Assembly: GCA_963762985.1 (NCBI GenBank)
Contig: CAVXMK010000008.1
Span: 43,855-107,854, forward strand
Direction: 5' to 3'
Source: an uncultured Chloroflexia bacterium
GTDB lineage: Bacteria > Chloroflexota > Chloroflexia > Thermomicrobiales > UBA6265
Length of the DNA stretch: 64,000 bases
Shown here: positions 20,802-32,291 of the stretch, one piece after another
Layout: each line of letters starts with the position of its first letter
Numbering within the stretch: position 1 is the first letter of the stretch
The notes under the pieces: generated by a model
Told to the model about the DNA's origin: nothing
The model's input: the letters and a program-made list of their open reading frames with translations, nothing else
The model's database searches: none
Translations under genes and position numbers: made by a program

Positions 20802-21691
20802 CTAAAGCCCCGGCTCGCTCCCCTTGGCGATCGGCGACTTGACCAGGCTGCCCCACTCCGTCCAGCTTCCGTCGTAGTTGCGCACGTCGGGATAGCCGAG
20901 CAATTCGCGCAGCACGAACCAGGTGTGGCTCGAACGCTCCCCGATGCGGCAGTAGGCGATCACGTTCTTGTCCGGCGTGATGCCCTTGCCCTCATAGATC
21001 TCCTTGAGTTGCTCCGGGCTCTTGAAGGTGCCGTCCTCGTTCGCCGCCGTCGCCCAGGGGATGCTCTTGGCTCCCAGCACGTGGCCGCCGCGCTGCGCCC
21101 CCTCCTGGGCATAGCCGGCCATGTGCAGCACCTCGCCGGTGTACTCCGGGACCGAACGGACGTCGACCAGCGACGGCGCGCCGGACTCGACGTGCTTCAG
21201 CACGTCGTCGCGGTAGGCGCGGATGCGCTCATCCGAGTCCTGGGCGGTGTAGGAGGTTTCCGGGTAGGTTGGGCACGTCCTTCGTCATCGGCCGCCCTTC
21301 GGCCTCCCACTTGGCGCGGCCGCCGTTCATGACCCGCGCATCCTTGTGCCCGAAGTACTTGAAGAGCCAGTAGGTGTAGGTGGCGTACCAGTTGTTGCGG
21401 TCGCCGTAGAAGACGACGGTCGTGTCGTTGCCAATGCCGCTACGGCGCATCAGGGCTTCAAACTCGGCCTTGTCGACGAAGTCGCGCGTCGACCTGATCT
21501 TGCAGATCGGTGTGCCAGTCGAGCTTGATCGCGCCGGGGATGTGTCCCAGGTCGTAGAGGAGCACGTCCTCATCGGACTCGACGATGCGCACGTTCGGGT
21601 CATTGAGGTGCTCGGCGACCCAGTCGGTGGAAACGAGCACGTCCGGGTTGGCGTACCCGCTGTCGGCAAAGCGCGGATCGGTGGCGACCAT
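20802..21691 (-). CDS. Two-domain sulfurtransferase (rhodanese, SseA/CysA-like), frameshifted
   Basis: [34 protein letters not shown]. Confidence 0.9.
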
Positions 21692-21815
21692 GACTGCCTC
21701 CTTGCTTGCGTTGGGCTCCCGCGACGCGCCGCGACCGCCAGACGGCGCTCCGCGACGCGTGCGGCAGACCGATTCTAGAGTTCTCTATGAAGATACTACA
21801 GATCGTAAGCGGCGA

Positions 21816-22583
21816 TCAGTCGCCTCGCGCTCCGGCCGCCCAGTTGGCGATGTTCTGCCAGAGGGTCGCGTACCCGTCCCATTCGACGAACGCCGGCGGG
21901 GCCCAGTGCGGTCCGCAATCCGAGGCGAACGCCACGGCGCGGCCGTCACCATAGTCCCAGCCCACCACCAACGGATCGGAGCCAGCCACGGCCACGGTCG
22001 TCGCCTCGGGACGCGCCGCGAGGCGGTTGTAGCCCAGCAGCGCCGGCCAGATGTCGGGCAGACCCGCCGCCAGGGGGTGGTCGGCGGCCGTGACCTTGGG
22101 AATGACGCCCTCCGGAAGCTCGACGCGGTCGTCGTGGTAATGCATCGTCACCGGCAGCGCCTCTTCGACTGCCGATCCGGCATAGTGCCCCTTGGCCTCG
22201 ATGCCCTGGAACGTCAGGTAGCCGCCGACCATCACCAGGCCGCCGCCGCCCCGTACCCAATCGCGCACGAGGGCCAGCCGGTTCGGCGCCGACTTGGAGC
22301 GCACGAAGGTATCTGGAGACAGCAGGAGCGAATTGGCCCCGATGTCGCTGAGGATGACGACAGCGTACCCCTCCAGCTCCGCCATCGTCGTCGGGAACTC
22401 CGCCGGGGCCAAATGGTTCGGCAGGTGCACGACTTCCCAGCCGCCGCCCTCCAGCGCGGCTTGCAGCCATTTGTGCCCGGTGCCGTAATCCGTCGTGGTA
22501 AACGAATCAACGCCCTTCTGGTGGATCGTGTGCATGATCCACGATTCCCCAGCGAGCAAGACGCGACGGGATCCTGATGGCAC
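21816..22583 (-). CDS. Glutamine amidotransferase-like protein (GATase1-like/DUF1355)
   Basis: LLAGESW..H, VILSDIGAN, GGGLVMVGGYLTFQG, SDCGPHW. Confidence 0.85.
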   Translation of the reverse strand: MPSGSRRVLLAGESWIMHTIHQKGVDSFTTTDYGTGHKWLQAALEGGGWEVVHLPNHLAPAEFPTTMAELEGYAVVILSDIGANSLLLSPDTFVRSKSAPNRLALVRDWVRGGGGLVMVGGYLTFQGIEAKGHYAGSAVEEALPVTMHYHDDRVELPEGVIPKVTAADHPLAAGLPDIWPALLGYNRLAARPEATTVAVAGSDPLVVGWDYGDGRAVAFASDCGPHWAPPAFVEWDGYATLWQNIANWAAGARGD

Positions 22584-22659
22584 TTGCTTCCTCTCCCTTC
22601 GTTGCTTCTGCGCGACAAGCTAACGGCGCGCGGCAAAGGTGCAACCTCGCTGTCGAGGA

Positions 22660-23067
22660 CTATCTCCAGGTTGACATCAAGGAAAGTTCGGACATCGGAA
22701 AATCCTTGACGTTACCGGTCACAAGCGTTGCGCCGACACTAACGGCAGTGGCAGCGATGATTGCGTCGGTTGTCGCAAGCGTCGTCCCCCTCCTGGCATA
22801 TGTGAAACGATAGATGCCGGCCTGCATCGCGATTTGCGGCGTCACATCCCAGAACTCGAGCCGCTCAACGAACGTCGCCCAACGCGGCCGCTGTTCCGGC
22901 CGCAGCCCGGCAAAGAATTCAGTGACGACGACACCACAGACGCCCACTTCAGTCAGGTCCGCCAACCAACGGTAGATAATTGAGGAAATTGGCTCATGTT
23001 TCTTGGAGATGTCGATTAGGACGGTCGCGTCAAGTAAGTAGCGACCAGTTGCCGTCACCGATTGCAA
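22660..23067 (-). CDS. vapC: VapC PIN-domain toxin
   Basis: YLLDATVLID, E in VTEF, TDAIIAATA, LVTGNVKDF. Confidence 0.9.
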   Translation of the reverse strand: MQSVTATGRYLLDATVLIDISKKHEPISSIIYRWLADLTEVGVCGVVVTEFFAGLRPEQRPRWATFVERLEFWDVTPQIAMQAGIYRFTYARRGTTLATTDAIIAATAVSVGATLVTGNVKDFPMSELSLMSTWR

Positions 23068-23345
23068 TCCCCAAGCTGTTCGGCCAGCCTTTCTGGATTG
23101 TATCGGAGATCATGCACCCACTGGGCGACTGCTTCCGGCGACTCCCAATCTGGTGTGTCACTATCCTTGAGCGAGCCGACTACGTGTTCGAAAGCCTCGA
23201 CACGGCTCAATCGGGTGAGCTTCTCCTCGATCGCTTCCTGAATAAACTCGCTGCGCCGACGTTGACCTACTCGTGCGTCAACGTTGCGCAATAACTCGTC
23301 AGGCAACACGACGTGTGCCCGACGCCGTTCGGTCGATACGGCCAT
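23055..23345 (-). CDS. RHH-type antitoxin, VapB-like (copy A)
   Basis: RRAHVVLPDELLRNVDARVGQRRRSEFIQEA; overlaps the vapC start. Confidence 0.75.
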   Translation of the reverse strand: MAVSTERRRAHVVLPDELLRNVDARVGQRRRSEFIQEAIEEKLTRLSRVEAFEHVVGSLKDSDTPDWESPEAVAQWVHDLRYNPERLAEQLGDCNR

Positions 23346-23355
23346 GACCTGCTCC

Positions 23356-23643
23356 TTACCGTTGGAATGACTCGTCAACGCGCAATCGGTGGTCCCTATC
23401 CTCTCGAAGCTCACGTAGCCACTCAACCGTCATCTCTCTCGTAGCCCATTCCGGAATCGTTTCGGTCGGGGTGGCCATGACGCGCTCAAACGCCGCAACG
23501 CGTCTCAGCATCTGCAGCTTTTCCGCCGCGGCTTCCTCAAGAAACCGGCTACGGCCGCGCCGGCCAACCAGTGCGTCGATTTCTTCCATCAGCGCAACGG
23601 GCATCGTCACGTGCGCCCTGCGCCGTTCTGGCGACACAGCCAT
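23356..23643 (-). CDS. RHH-type antitoxin paralog (copy B)
   Basis: RRAHVTMPVALMEEIDALVGRRGRSRFLEEA; aligns along its length with copy A. Confidence 0.75.
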   Translation of the reverse strand: MAVSPERRRAHVTMPVALMEEIDALVGRRGRSRFLEEAAAEKLQMLRRVAAFERVMATPTETIPEWATREMTVEWLRELREDRDHRLRVDESFQR

Positions 23644-23716
23644 GGCAAGCTCCTATCCGTCTCAGGAGCTTAGCACACAGCCGTGTGCTAAACGTCGGGT
23701 GTCAACGCTGGCGCCA

Positions 23717-24208
23717 CTATGCCACCTCGTGAATCCGCCCCGTCTTCACGTCGTAAACGAACCCGGTTACGTCGATGTCGCTCGGGATCAACGGCGAGGA
23801 GCGGACGATCTCGATGTCGTCGCGCACGCTTTGCTCCACATCGGCGAAGGGCAGGAAGTCGATGTCCGAGGCATCCACGCCAAGCCGCTCCTGGCAGATG
23901 CCGTGCATGGTCGGGTTGTCGAAGGTGAGCATGCCGCAGTCGGTGTGATGGACGACGATCACGGCGTTCGTGCCCAGCAGTTGCTGCGAGATCGCCAGCG
24001 AGCGCAGTGCGTCGGCGGCGCGCCCGCCCGCGTTGCGGATGACGTGGGCGTCCCCCTCTTCCAGCCCGAGCGCCCTGGCGGGATCGAGCCGGGCATCCAT
24101 GCAGGCCACCACGGCGAACTTGCGCCCCGGCGGCATCGGCAGATCGCCCTTGGTGAAGTTCTCGGCGTACGCCTCGTTCGCGGTGCGGACCTCGTCGATG
24201 AGCGCCAT
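23717..24208 (-). CDS. Beta-class carbonic anhydrase (clade D-like)
   Basis: CMDAR, IRNAGG, HHTDCGM, GFVYDVKTG. Confidence 0.92.
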   Translation of the reverse strand: MALIDEVRTANEAYAENFTKGDLPMPPGRKFAVVACMDARLDPARALGLEEGDAHVIRNAGGRAADALRSLAISQQLLGTNAVIVVHHTDCGMLTFDNPTMHGICQERLGVDASDIDFLPFADVEQSVRDDIEIVRSSPLIPSDIDVTGFVYDVKTGRIHEVA

Positions 24209-24387
24209 GTCGTCCTCCTTCTCCCATGCGGATGCGACGAAGAACTGGATAACTTGATCCAGAAGTCAAGAATATCGCGCGCGGAGAGCAAGAGCAACCC
24301 CGCGGCGACCCATGGGTCTCCGCGGGGTTCCGTATGCGTCACGCCGAATGCACGGCATGCCGTGCCCCTACCGCCGTTCTTCCAACC

Positions 24388-25606
24388 TTACGACTTACGA
24401 CTTTCGACTTCCGGCTCGCCCAGGTAGCGCAGCGCCACGTTGACCATCGATTCCATGCCGATGGCCAGCGCGGCCTCGTCGAGGTCGAACTTCGGGTGGT
24501 GGTGGCCCCAGACCAACCCGCGTTCCGGGTTCTGGCTGCCGATGAACCAGAACGACCCCGGCACTGCCTCCAGGAAATAGGAGAAGTCCTCCGCACCCAT
24601 CCTCAACGGCGCATCGCGCACCCCCTCCGGTTCCACGATCTTGGCCGCCTCCTCTCGCACGAGTTCGGTCATTTCCGGGTCGTTGACGGTGGCCGGGTAG
24701 CCGCGGGTGTAGGCGAAGTCGATCTCCGCGCCCATCGCTTGGGCGATGCCGCGCGCCAGTGTCTCAATCCGCGCTTCGAGAAAATCCCGGTTCCTGGCAT
24801 CGAAGGTGCGCACCGTCCCTCCCAGCTCTGCGGTGTCGGGGATGACGTTGAACGCCTCGCCCGCCTTGAACGTCCCGACGGTGACGACGGCCTCGTGCGT
24901 CGGGATCGACCGCTCGTGCCACCAGCGTCTGCAACGCGGTCACGATCTGGGCGCCGATGACGATGGGATCGACCGTCTCGTGCGGCTTGGCGCCGTGCCC
25001 GCCCTTGCCGCGAATTACGAGGTGGAACCGGTCGGCGGCGGCCATCGCCGGGCCGGGGCGCACCTCGATGAACCCGACCGGATTGCCCTGGTCGATGTGG
25101 ATGCCGAACGCGGCGTCGACCCTCGGGTCCTCCAACACCCCGGCCTCGATCATCGGTTTGGCGCCGCCCGGCGGCGATTCCTCGGCCGGCTGGAACAGCA
25201 CCTTCACCGTGCCTGCGAATTCATCGCGCCGGTCGAGCAGAAGGCGAGTCACCCCCAGCAGCATGGCGGTGTGCGCGTCGTGCCCGCAGGCGTGCATCAC
25301 GCCCGGGGTCTGCGAGACGTACTCGATCTCGTTCTCCTCCAGGATCGGCAGGGCGTCCATGTCAGCCCGCAGCAGGACCGTCTTGCCATCGCCCTTCTGC
25401 CCGCGGATGAGCCCGGTCACCCCGGTCTGGGCGATCCCGGTGCGCACGTCTTCCACGCCGAGCGCCCGCAACCGCTCCGCCACGATGCCGGCGGTGCGCA
25501 CTTCCTGAAAGGCCAATTCCGGGTGCTGGTGGAAATCCCGCCGATCCGCCACCACCCCCGGCAGGATCTCGTCGATGTCGTCCCGCAGCCGATTCTTCTG
25601 AGCCAA
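24388..25606 (-). CDS. M20D family amidohydrolase (frameshift near 24900)
   Basis: HQHPEL, RADMDALP, MHACGHDAH, FQPAEE, GAEDFS, HHPKF. Confidence 0.9.
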
Positions 25607-25727
25607 CGCCCTCTCCTTTGCATCACGCGCGTCCCGCGGCCGTTCACGATACCAAAGCCCCGGCTCTCCATCCCGAGTACGATCCCGCAACCGCGGACTT
25701 GGGAGCGGCGCAGCGCGGAGGGGCGCG

Positions 25728-26414
25728 GTGGATCTCGAAGGACCGTTTCAGATCCCGCTCTGGTTCGACTACGGCGCCACCTTCATCTGGGCGCTCACCT
25801 GAGCCCTGATTGCCGCCCGCCGTGGCTACGACATCGCCGGCATCGCCACCCTGGCACTGGTCTCCGCCACCGGCGGCGGGCTGCTACGGGATTGCATCTT
25901 CCTGCAGAACGGCCCGCCGCACTTTCTTTGCACCTGGGTGTACATGGCCCTCGTCATCGCCGCGGCCCGCGCCGTTCATCTGGCCGGGAGCCGCATCCAG
26001 CGCATCCCGTTGATCAACCGCACCATCGCCATCGTCGATGCTCTCGGGCTGGGGGATTCGCCATCACCGGATTGCAGATCTCCCTGGCCGCCGCGCTCAG
26101 CCCGCCCGCGGCCGCGTTCGTGGGGGTTGTCAACGCCGTCGGCGGCGGCGTGTTGCGGCGTGTTGCGGGACCTGTTCGTGCGCCGCGACCCGGCCATGTT
26201 CCGCCCCGGCCCGCCCGCCGCACTGGCGGCGCTGGCGGGGAGCATCATCTATCTTGGGTTGCGCCAGGCGCCGGAAGTCGCGGACATCGTCGCCGGCACG
26301 ATTTCCGTGATCGCCGTCTTCCTCATCCGCATCGCCGCGCTACGCTACGAGTGGCAGACCCGCGCTCCGCGGGGATTCGCAGGATCGGCTGACTCCGATC
26401 CTTACCAGGGCTGA
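25728..26414 (+). CDS. TRIC/UPF0126 (YadS-like) membrane protein, frameshifted
   Basis: GYDIAG...ATGGGLLRD; VDALGLG; NAVGGG..RD. Confidence 0.7.
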
Positions 26415-26434
26415 GCGCCCGCAAGGAGCCATCG

Positions 26435-26720
26435 GTGTCGGATTCGCCGGAACAACGACCATCGCTGAGCGAAGCCGACGCCACCGGTCTCGCCTGGCAG
26501 GCTGTCGAGCTGGCCGGCGGGGCGCGCATGGTCTATCGCAGTCCCCGCCAGGCCTTCAGCGCGAAAGGCCGCGAAACGTTCGACATCGACGGTCACGCCG
26601 TTGAGGTCCGCTGGGGCGAAATCAGCTCGCCGGCTATTGTCAGCGTCAGCGGGTACGTCTTCGAAATCCTGGATGAGGGAATCTCGCTGCTGGCGCGCCC
26701 GCCAAAGCCAGATCCTGAAC
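26435..26720 (+). CDS. Small hypothetical protein (3' end uncertain)
   Basis: AAGGAG RBS; globular-looking MSDSPEQ...EVRWGEIS...FEILDEG. Confidence 0.4.
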
Positions 26721-26808
26721 GCAATTCCGCGGCTGTCCAGCGCCCTCCAGGGTACGAGCGTCGTGGGCCAGGTGGGGCAGCAGCGTGGGTTCACAACGTC
26801 AATCGCTC

Positions 26809-27238
26809 CTACGCCAGCAGTGCCTCGATATCCGCCAGATGGTTCTCCCGATGCTCGGCCCGATCGAGCTTGACCTGGCCCACGCTCCGAATCTCGGAGA
26901 CCAGCGCCTCCGGCGTACGCGCGGCGGCCTCGTCCGCGGTTTCGGCGGCGGCCAGCACTTCCGCGGCGACGGCGCGGGGCGGGATGCGGCGGGTAAAGTG
27001 CGGCAGACGCCTCGTTGATGGTGTCGTAGTCGTAGGGCGAGGCGAAGACCCCTTCCTCGGCGAAGCGGCGCAGCAGGATGGCCGCCCGCCGGTCGTAAAA
27101 GGCCAGGTGCGCCAGCGCGTCGGCGACCGTCCAGCCGTCGGGCAGCTCCCGCATCAACTCGTCGTCGCTGAGCCGCGCCACCAGCGCCCGCAGCCGCTCT
27201 TGCGAGACTCGGTTGCGTTCCACATAGCTCGATTCCAC
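26809..27238 (-). CDS. DinB/mycothiol maleylpyruvate isomerase N-terminal family protein (frameshift near 27005)
   Basis: LSDDEL...GWTVADALAHLAFYD; His-containing C-terminal helix. Confidence 0.7.
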
Positions 27239-27344
27239 GCTGTCCTCCCTCCTTCGCAGCCTTCGCACCTTGCGTCCTACGGCGCAGCTTCTCCCGCCCC
27301 GCGCTCGCGCGCCAACGCCTCCTGGCATTCCACGCCCGGCGGGC

Positions 27345-28613
27345 TGATCCCGCGGTTCGGGCGTGGGACGCGGTGGGCGGCCCGCCATCGCCCGCGGCGG
27401 TGACGCCGGGCGCGAACCCCGGCGGGGCCACCGAACCCGCGCATCCAGCGCCAGCCCGGCAGCGCCGACAAGCCCGGCCAGCTTCGCCTCCCGCCGCGCC
27501 TCGGTGTACTGCGACAGCAACACCTGGATCGCCGCCGCGACCGGGATGGCCAGCAACGCCCCCGCGATCACCGGCGAACTCGGTCCCGGCCAGGATCGCC
27601 AGGAAGACGGTCAGCGGCGAGAGCCCCACCGCCCCGCGCATCACCCGCGGCACGAGAATCGCGTTTTCCGTCATCTGCAGCAGCAGGATGAAGCCCGACG
27701 ACCATCAGCGCCTTCTCCCACCCCTGGGTGAGGGCAATGATGACCGCGGGGATGCCGCCCAGCCATGGCCCGAGGATGGGGATGAACTCGGTGATCCCCG
27801 CCCACAGCCCGAGCAGCGGCCAGAAGCTGATGCCCATGAGCGGCGTACCCGATCGTCGCCGTGACGCCGATGATGAGCACCAACGTCAGTTGCCCGCGCA
27901 GCCAGTCGCCGACCTTTTGCTCGACCTCGTCCCAGGTCTTGCTGACGCGGATGCGCGTCTCCGCCGAGGCGGTGCTGAGCACGACCCGGCGCAGCCACGC
28001 CTTCTCCATCAGGTAGTAGAAGGAGATGATCAGCACCGTCACCAGCCCGATGACCCCGCCACCGAGCCCGGTCAGCAACCCGACCGCGGCGCCCCCCGGC
28101 ACGGGAATGCTGGCCCCGACCGCCGGGTTTTCGATGAAGGCGATGCCGCGCCCCAGCAATTGCTGCCCGACGCCGCTGAGCAGCGCGTTGCCGCTCGTCC
28201 GCCAGGCGTCCCGCAACTCATCCAGCGACTCCGGCGCCTGCTCCCGGAACATCGCCGCCTGCTCCCGGACCGCCGGGCGAGAACAGCATGAAGAGCACGC
28301 GTGATCGCCGCGATCAGCATGGCGTAGACGAGCAGGATCGCCAGCGGCCGCGGCACGTGCCGCCGCTCCAGGGCATCGACCGGTCGCTGGATGACCGTCG
28401 CGAAGACCAGCGACAGCAGCACCAGCACCAGCACGAACTGGATCTGGATCAGCAGGTAGCCGACCGCCAGCACGATGAGCAGGGAAAGGGCGTCAGCCCC
28501 GGCCGCCGCTCGCTGGCGGCCGGGGCGGCTGGCGCCACATCGGCCGCGGGGGTCGGCGGGCGCGAGGGGGCGAGGCGCTGGGGATGCACGGGAGCGGGAA
28601 CCTCGCTACTCAC
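27345..28613 (-). CDS. AI-2E family transporter, multiple frameshifts, ends approximate
   Basis: WLRGQL, EFIPILGP, ENAILVPRVM..AVGLSP, GALLAIP. Confidence 0.8.
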
Positions 28614-28684
28614 GACGCGGCCTCATCCAGAAAGGACGTCGGCAACCGACCCGGGCCATCGCGGGCGGCCGGTGCGGGGCGCTG

Positions 28685-29072
28685 TCAATAGACCTCGTGC
28701 TCGCCGCGGCGCCGGCGCGATCTGCCAGTAGCGGGCATCCAGGGGATCGACCCGCTCCCGCTGCTTTTCGCGGCGGCAGGCGTGTTCCAGACGGTCGGGA
28801 ACGAGAAGACCTCGCGGCCATCGACGACGATCCGCCGCGCGGCGCCGAACGGCTTGTTGACCGGGAAGATCTCGCGCGGCGGCCGCGAGATGACCTCGGT
28901 CTGAAACCAGCCGTGCTCCGGGCAGCGCCCCGCGTGGATCTGCCAGAACAATCCGGCGGTGACCCCGCCCAGCATCCCGGACCAGGGTCTCCTCCAGCTC
29001 GCCGCCGCAGATCGGGCAGCGCAGCGGCGTACGCGCCTGCACCCGGTCGCGCGACGGAAACGTGGCATCCAT
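28685..29072 (-). CDS. Small zinc-ribbon-like protein, frameshifted
   Basis: CPICGG ... CPEHGWF. Confidence 0.55.
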
Positions 29073-29136
29073 AGGCGTTCGACTGGCTCCCTGATCGTGA
29101 CACGAGCGGCGCACTGGCGGGAGTCTAGCATTCGCG

Positions 29137-29267
29137 GGCTATGGAGCTATGAGCTATGAGCTATGAGCTATGGGCTACGGCTACGAGCGATGGGCGTACG
29201 CGTCATCCTTGCCAGTCTTGCCGACGAACGACTGATAGCTCACAGCTCATAGCTCATAGCTCCTAGC
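29137..29267. repeat. Inverted pair of heptamer tandem repeats (GAGCTAT)n / (ATAGCTC)n
   Basis: At least 4 GAGCTAT units at 29144-29171 and about 4 complementary units at 29235-29262. Confidence 0.85.
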
Positions 29268-29323
29268 CGCGCCCCGTGGTACGATCCCGCGCCAGAATCC
29301 GCGCCGCCAAGAGGGGGAAAGCG

Positions 29324-29793
29324 ATGAGCGAGCAACGCAACGGCCAGCAACACCTGTTCGATGGGTTGATCGCGACCTACCGCGAGCTCAACCTCAAGGT
29401 GCGCCCGCATGCCCGAGGACCGCCTCACCATCGGCCGCTCCGGGCAGACGGTGCGCGACGTCATCGTCGACTTGCGCGACGACGAGCTGCGCTTTTCGCA
29501 GGCGCTCAAGGACCGCCTGACCGGCAGCACCATGATCGACGTCTTCAAGGACGAGGAAGGCGTCGCCAAGGCCGAGATCCCGTCGGCGGACGACACCACG
29601 TCGAGGTCATCTCCCAGTTCGGCACGGCGCGGGAATCGACCCTGGCCATGCTGCAAGGACTGTCGCCGGAGGCACTGGGACGACGGCAGCCAGGGCCCGC
29701 TCACCATCCGCGCCGCCTCCGACGCCCTGCTTCGCCAACGACCGCGCGCACATGGAAAAGATCGTCAGCCTGCTCGGCTCGCCCACGGGGTGA
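29324..29793 (+). CDS. DinB-like four-helix protein, frameshifted
   Basis: TVRDVIVDLRDDELRF...QFGTARESTLAMLQGL. Confidence 0.55.
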
Positions 29794-29877
29794 CGGGGTG
29801 ATTAGGGTGCTCGTGTGGTCGGAGTGACAGGGGCGCGGACCGTTCGACTTCCACTCCCGTCACCTCGCCTACACCCG

Positions 29878-31042
29878 TCACCTGCCGCCCCAGCGTCACG
29901 TCGAACACCTGCTCCTCGTTGTTGCGCAGGACCGTGACGGGAACCGTTTCGCCGGCCGCGCGGGCGAAGAGCGCCTCGGGGAAGGTCGTGCTGCCCGCTG
30001 ATGCGCTGGTCGCCGATAGCCACGATGATGTCCCCGGCCCTGATCCCCGCCTCGGCGGCCGGCCCGCCCGGCTCGCTTTCGATGACGTACGCGCCGTAGT
30101 CGATCGGCAGATCGTTCTGGGCCGCGAGGTCGGGCGAGATCGGTTGATAGCGGATGCCGATGCGCGGGTAGGACACCTCCCCATTCTCGATCAGCTCATC
30201 GGCGATCCGCGCCACGTGGTTGGCCGGAATGGCGAAAAAGAGTCCTTGCACCGGGGTCATCCCGGATTGCGGAATACCGAGCGTGTTGACCCCGATGACC
30301 CGGCCGGCCAGGTCGAAGAGCGGCCCGCCGGAGTTGCCGGGGTTGATCGCGGCGTCGTGCTGGATGAGATCGGTATAGACCCCTTCCCCGCTGCCCGCCG
30401 GGGCAGGCCGGGAAATCGCGATTGAGCGCGCTGATGATGCCGCTGGTGACGGTGCCGGTGAACTCCCCCAGCGGCGAGCCGATGGCCAGCACCGGTTGAC
30501 CCTGCTGCAAGGTGTTCGAATCGCCGAAGTCGACGCTGGCCGGCACCGACGCCCTCCATGCGCACCACGGCCAGATCGCTCAACGGATCGGCCCCGACCA
30601 GCTCCGCGGGGCGGTTTTCGCCATTGGCCAGAATCACCTCGAATCCCGTCCCACCCTCCACCACGTGCTGATTGGTGACGATGTGCCCGGCGTCGTCGAT
30701 GATGAACCCGGTGCCCCGCCCGGCCTCGATCTCGGTCTGCCCGAAGATGCCGTCGTTGAACTGCTGCTCGTTGATGACCGTCACGACCGCCGGCATGACC
30801 CGGTCCACCACCTGCGCGGCGTCGAAGGTGACGACGAAGAGCTCCCCCGGTTCCCTCGCTGCCGCCGGCGGGCTGCCGACGATGGTGACCCCGGCCTCGT
30901 CCAGATCGACCGTCACCGGCACCGGGGTCGGCGTGGGTGGCGGGGGCGGCGGCGTAGGCGTATCCTGCACGGGGGCGCAGGCGGAGAGGAGGAGCAGGGT
31001 CGCCAGCATCGCCGCCAGCGAGGATCGACGCGGTAGGTTCAC
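29878..31042 (-). CDS. HtrA/S1C serine protease lipoprotein with PDZ domain, frameshifted; 3' end approximate
   Basis: Lipobox LSAC; [29 protein letters not shown]; [11 protein letters not shown]. Confidence 0.88.
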
Positions 31043-31213
31043 ACGGTTCCTCCCGGAATAGAGCGTCTTCAGCGCCCGGAGCGATACGGAGCAGACGCGC
31101 GGTCAGGGTCGCCAAGCCGCAGCCTATCGTCGCATGGAGGAGGCCATCCAGACAGCACCCCGGCTTGAGAAGCGCCGATGCGGGCGAGATCGACCCGGCC
31201 ACCCGGAGGGGAC

Positions 31214-32035
31214 ATGGCCAACGGTAGACCATCAACCACCCAGACCCCGTCCTCCGCGCGTCCCGACGAGCCGCCAGCGCCTTCCGCCCCCGGTCCAGAT
31301 CGATCCCGCCCGCATGGCAGGCCGACGAGGCGCGCTGGCTGGAACGCTCCCGCGCCGCCTGGGACGCCCGCGCCGAGCGGTGGGACGCCCGCTCCGAGGC
31401 GAACGCGCTGGCCCCAGACCGCAAACGCGACCTCGACCGCATCTGGGACGCCCTCCGCCTCTCGCCCGGCGCCCGCGTGCTCGATGCCGGGTGCGGCAGC
31501 GGCCAGTTCGCCATCGCCCTGGCCGAACGTGGCGCGCGGGTGACCGGCATCGACCTCTCGCCGGAGATGATCCGCCGCGCCCAGCACCCACGCGGCCGAG
31601 CACGGCGTCGGTGACGACATCGAATGGCGCGTCGGCGACATCAAGCATCTCTCCGATCCCCTGGCCGTCTTCGACGCCATCCACGCGCGGGTGCTCTTCC
31701 AGTTCCTGCCCGACATCCCGGGAACACTGCGCGAGTTGCGGCGCGTCCTGAAACCGGGTGGGCGGCTGCTGGCGAGCGTGCCGGGGGCGCTCTCGCCGAT
31801 CTACCGCGCCTCCTGGATGCGCCATCTTCCCGGCGGCGATCCCGGCCACAACTACCTCTTGCCCTGGGAGCTGGAAAACCTCCTGATCGAGTATGGCTGG
31901 CGTATCCTCGACGGCTGGGGCGAGTGGGGCGACGATCTCTACGGCGATCCCAACGACGCCAATGCCGCCTATCGCCGCGCCGACCGCGCCATGCAGCAGG
32001 CGACCGCGACGACCTGGACGGTGGTTGCGGCGTGA
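31214..32035 (+). CDS. Class I SAM-dependent methyltransferase, frameshifted
   Basis: [27 protein letters not shown]. Confidence 0.8.
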
Positions 32036-32291
32036 GGTCGTGTCATGCTGCAAGTGAACGGAGTGAAGCATCCCGGCTCAACACCAGCCTTGTTCGCGGA
32101 GAACGAGATTCTTCGGCTTCGCCTTCAGAATGAGACGATCGGGGCACGCCGCTGTCGGGTGTTGAGGTGTTAGGGTGATGGGATGATACGAGCGCAGAGC
32201 ACACCGACCATCGCGCTGTCGAGCCGGGCTCTCGCGGGCCGATCCGGTTCCCCTCGGTCAGTCCGTCGTCGCCGGGCCAGTCGAGCTTCAG

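Noticed and set aside
29137-29267. Heptamer repeats as a CRISPR array or replication iterons
   Set aside because: The units are 7 bp with no spacers, and no rep or cas gene is nearby.
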